Virus record (IMG/VR): IMGVR_UViG_3300027769_000023
Coordinates: 1 to 64,000 of that record
Reading direction: 5' to 3' (one strand)
Length of the DNA: 64,000 nt
From: a virus
Taxonomy: Duplodnaviria > Caudoviricetes
Positions 63,007 through 64,000 of this stretch are shown one piece after another. Numbering within the stretch: the stretch's first letter is position 1; each line of letters opens with the position of its first letter. Made by a program: the position numbers and the translations under genes. The notes under the pieces were generated by a model that was given only the letters and a program-made list of their open reading frames with translations, was not told where the DNA came from and searched no databases.

Positions 63007-64000
63007 ATGAACTCATTTAAGAAAATCGCACTAGCCATGGTTGCAGCCATGACTTTGGGCACAATCGTAGCATCACCTGCAAGTGCTGCTGTAATGACAG
63101 TCGCTGTATCGCTTGACACTGTAGCAAACACTACATCATCAGCAATCGCCACGCCTGCATCATTGCCAGTGCCTGCAGACAATTCAGTTGACGCTGCTGA
63201 TGCACTAAAGTTTATTGCAACAGTTGATGTTGGAACAAACGTAACAGTCGTAGCAACAAATGCAACAATCGTGTCTGCACTACACACAACTGCTGCACCA
63301 GTAGGAGCAACATCAGGATCATCATCTTTGACAATTGCAACTGGTACAGGAACAACAGCAACATTTTATGTCTATACAAAGACAACAGCAATTGGTACAG
63401 TTGTAATCACCAACGGTGGAACACAACTTACATACTACGTACAGGGAACTGCTGGCAAGATTAATAATCTAACAGTATCTGCTCCTGCTACAGGCGCTGC
63501 TGGTACAAAGCAAGACATCACAGTTACAGCATCAGATGTATTCGGAAACAAGGTTTCTGGTAAGTCTATCACTGCAACAGTGTTTGCTTCAACAGCAGTA
63601 ATGGATACAGCAACAGCAACAACTGGTGCTACACTTTCAGATTTTGGAGTTGCTGCATTTAAGGCAACACTTCCAACAACTGGAACACGCTCACTTATTA
63701 CATTCGCTGCAACAACATCTACTGATGCCGTTGCTGCTGCTGTAACAGGTTTGACTGCTCCAACACTTTCACCATTTGCAGAAATTACAGTTCGTGATCT
63801 AGCATCAGAACTTACTGCACAGGTCGCAGCAAAGGATGCAGCACTTGCTGCAAAGGCTGCTTCGGATGCAGCACTAGTTAAGGCAACTGCAGAGCACACT
63901 GCTCTAATTGCTGCTGAGAAGGCTGCTTCTGCTAAGGCTCTTGCTGATGCAAAGGCTGTTTCAGATGCTGCACTTGCTTCTAAGGATGCAACAATTGCTA
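63007..64000 (+). CDS. Secreted Thr/Ala-rich surface protein with Ig-like domains and a coiled coil (truncated by window end)
   Basis: Open frame to the window end, absent from the ORF track. Signal peptide MNSFKKIALAMVAAMTLGTIVASPASA; DVFGNKVSG Ig-like motif; AAGGA SD. Confidence 0.8.
   Translation, partial: MNSFKKIALAMVAAMTLGTIVASPASAAVMTVAVSLDTVANTTSSAIATPASLPVPADNSVDAADALKFIATVDVGTNVTVVATNATIVSALHTTAAPVGATSGSSSLTIATGTGTTATFYVYTKTTAIGTVVITNGGTQLTYYVQGTAGKINNLTVSAPATGAAGTKQDITVTASDVFGNKVSGKSITATVFASTAVMDTATATTGATLSDFGVAAFKATLPTTGTRSLITFAATTSTDAVAAAVTGLTAPTLSPFAEITVRDLASELTAQVAAKDAALAAKAASDAALVKATAEHTALIAAEKAASAKALADAKAVSDAALASKDATIA

Noticed and set aside
1-64000. Stop-codon reassignment, tRNA/rRNA genes, integrase or transposase
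   Set aside because: The standard code gives full-length genes at near-complete density, intergenic gaps are too short or lack cloverleaf motifs, and no recombinase motif was seen.

Overview
This 64-kb window is a contiguous piece of a large, AT-rich, long-tailed (siphovirus-like) dsDNA phage genome. It is almost fully coding, and every gene I can support except one is on the + strand. Gene order: fibre/adsorption genes (1-10.5 kb, interrupted by a minus-strand secreted lytic transglycosylase); sulfotransferase and 2OG-Fe(II) oxygenases; class II ribonucleotide reductase; portal, prohead protease/scaffold, capsid, neck, tail tube, two tail chaperones, a 2686-aa tape measure and tail tip (19.9-44.5 kb); DnaB, DnaG, SSB, DnaE, RecA, resolvases and a Cas4-like exonuclease (45-58 kb, with four more oxygenases); two SGNH-like proteins; terminase; and a truncated signal-peptide surface protein. 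The PASTA domain, leaderless sigma70/SigA-type promoters and overall gene content suggest a freshwater low-GC actinobacterial host (acI-like). That host call is inference only. The most unusual signals are: (1) two parallel cassettes, each a fibre gene ending GDL(I/S)A followed by a protein with 6-7 copies of an FxVFGFSP octapeptide and a swappable C-terminal module (Cys-rich peptide or Hint domain), one of them next to a cluster of modifying enzymes; (2) the tail-chaperone G/GT pair apparently encoded as a duplicated gene pair rather than by a frameshift; (3) pervasive extended -10 promoters, many giving exactly leaderless mRNAs; (4) a probable scaffold gene nested in the protease gene; (5) eight 2OG-Fe(II) oxygenases; (6) a host-like secreted surface protein. 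I saw no tRNA, rRNA, CRISPR array, integrase or reverse transcriptase. All family assignments come from motif recognition by eye, not from database searches.
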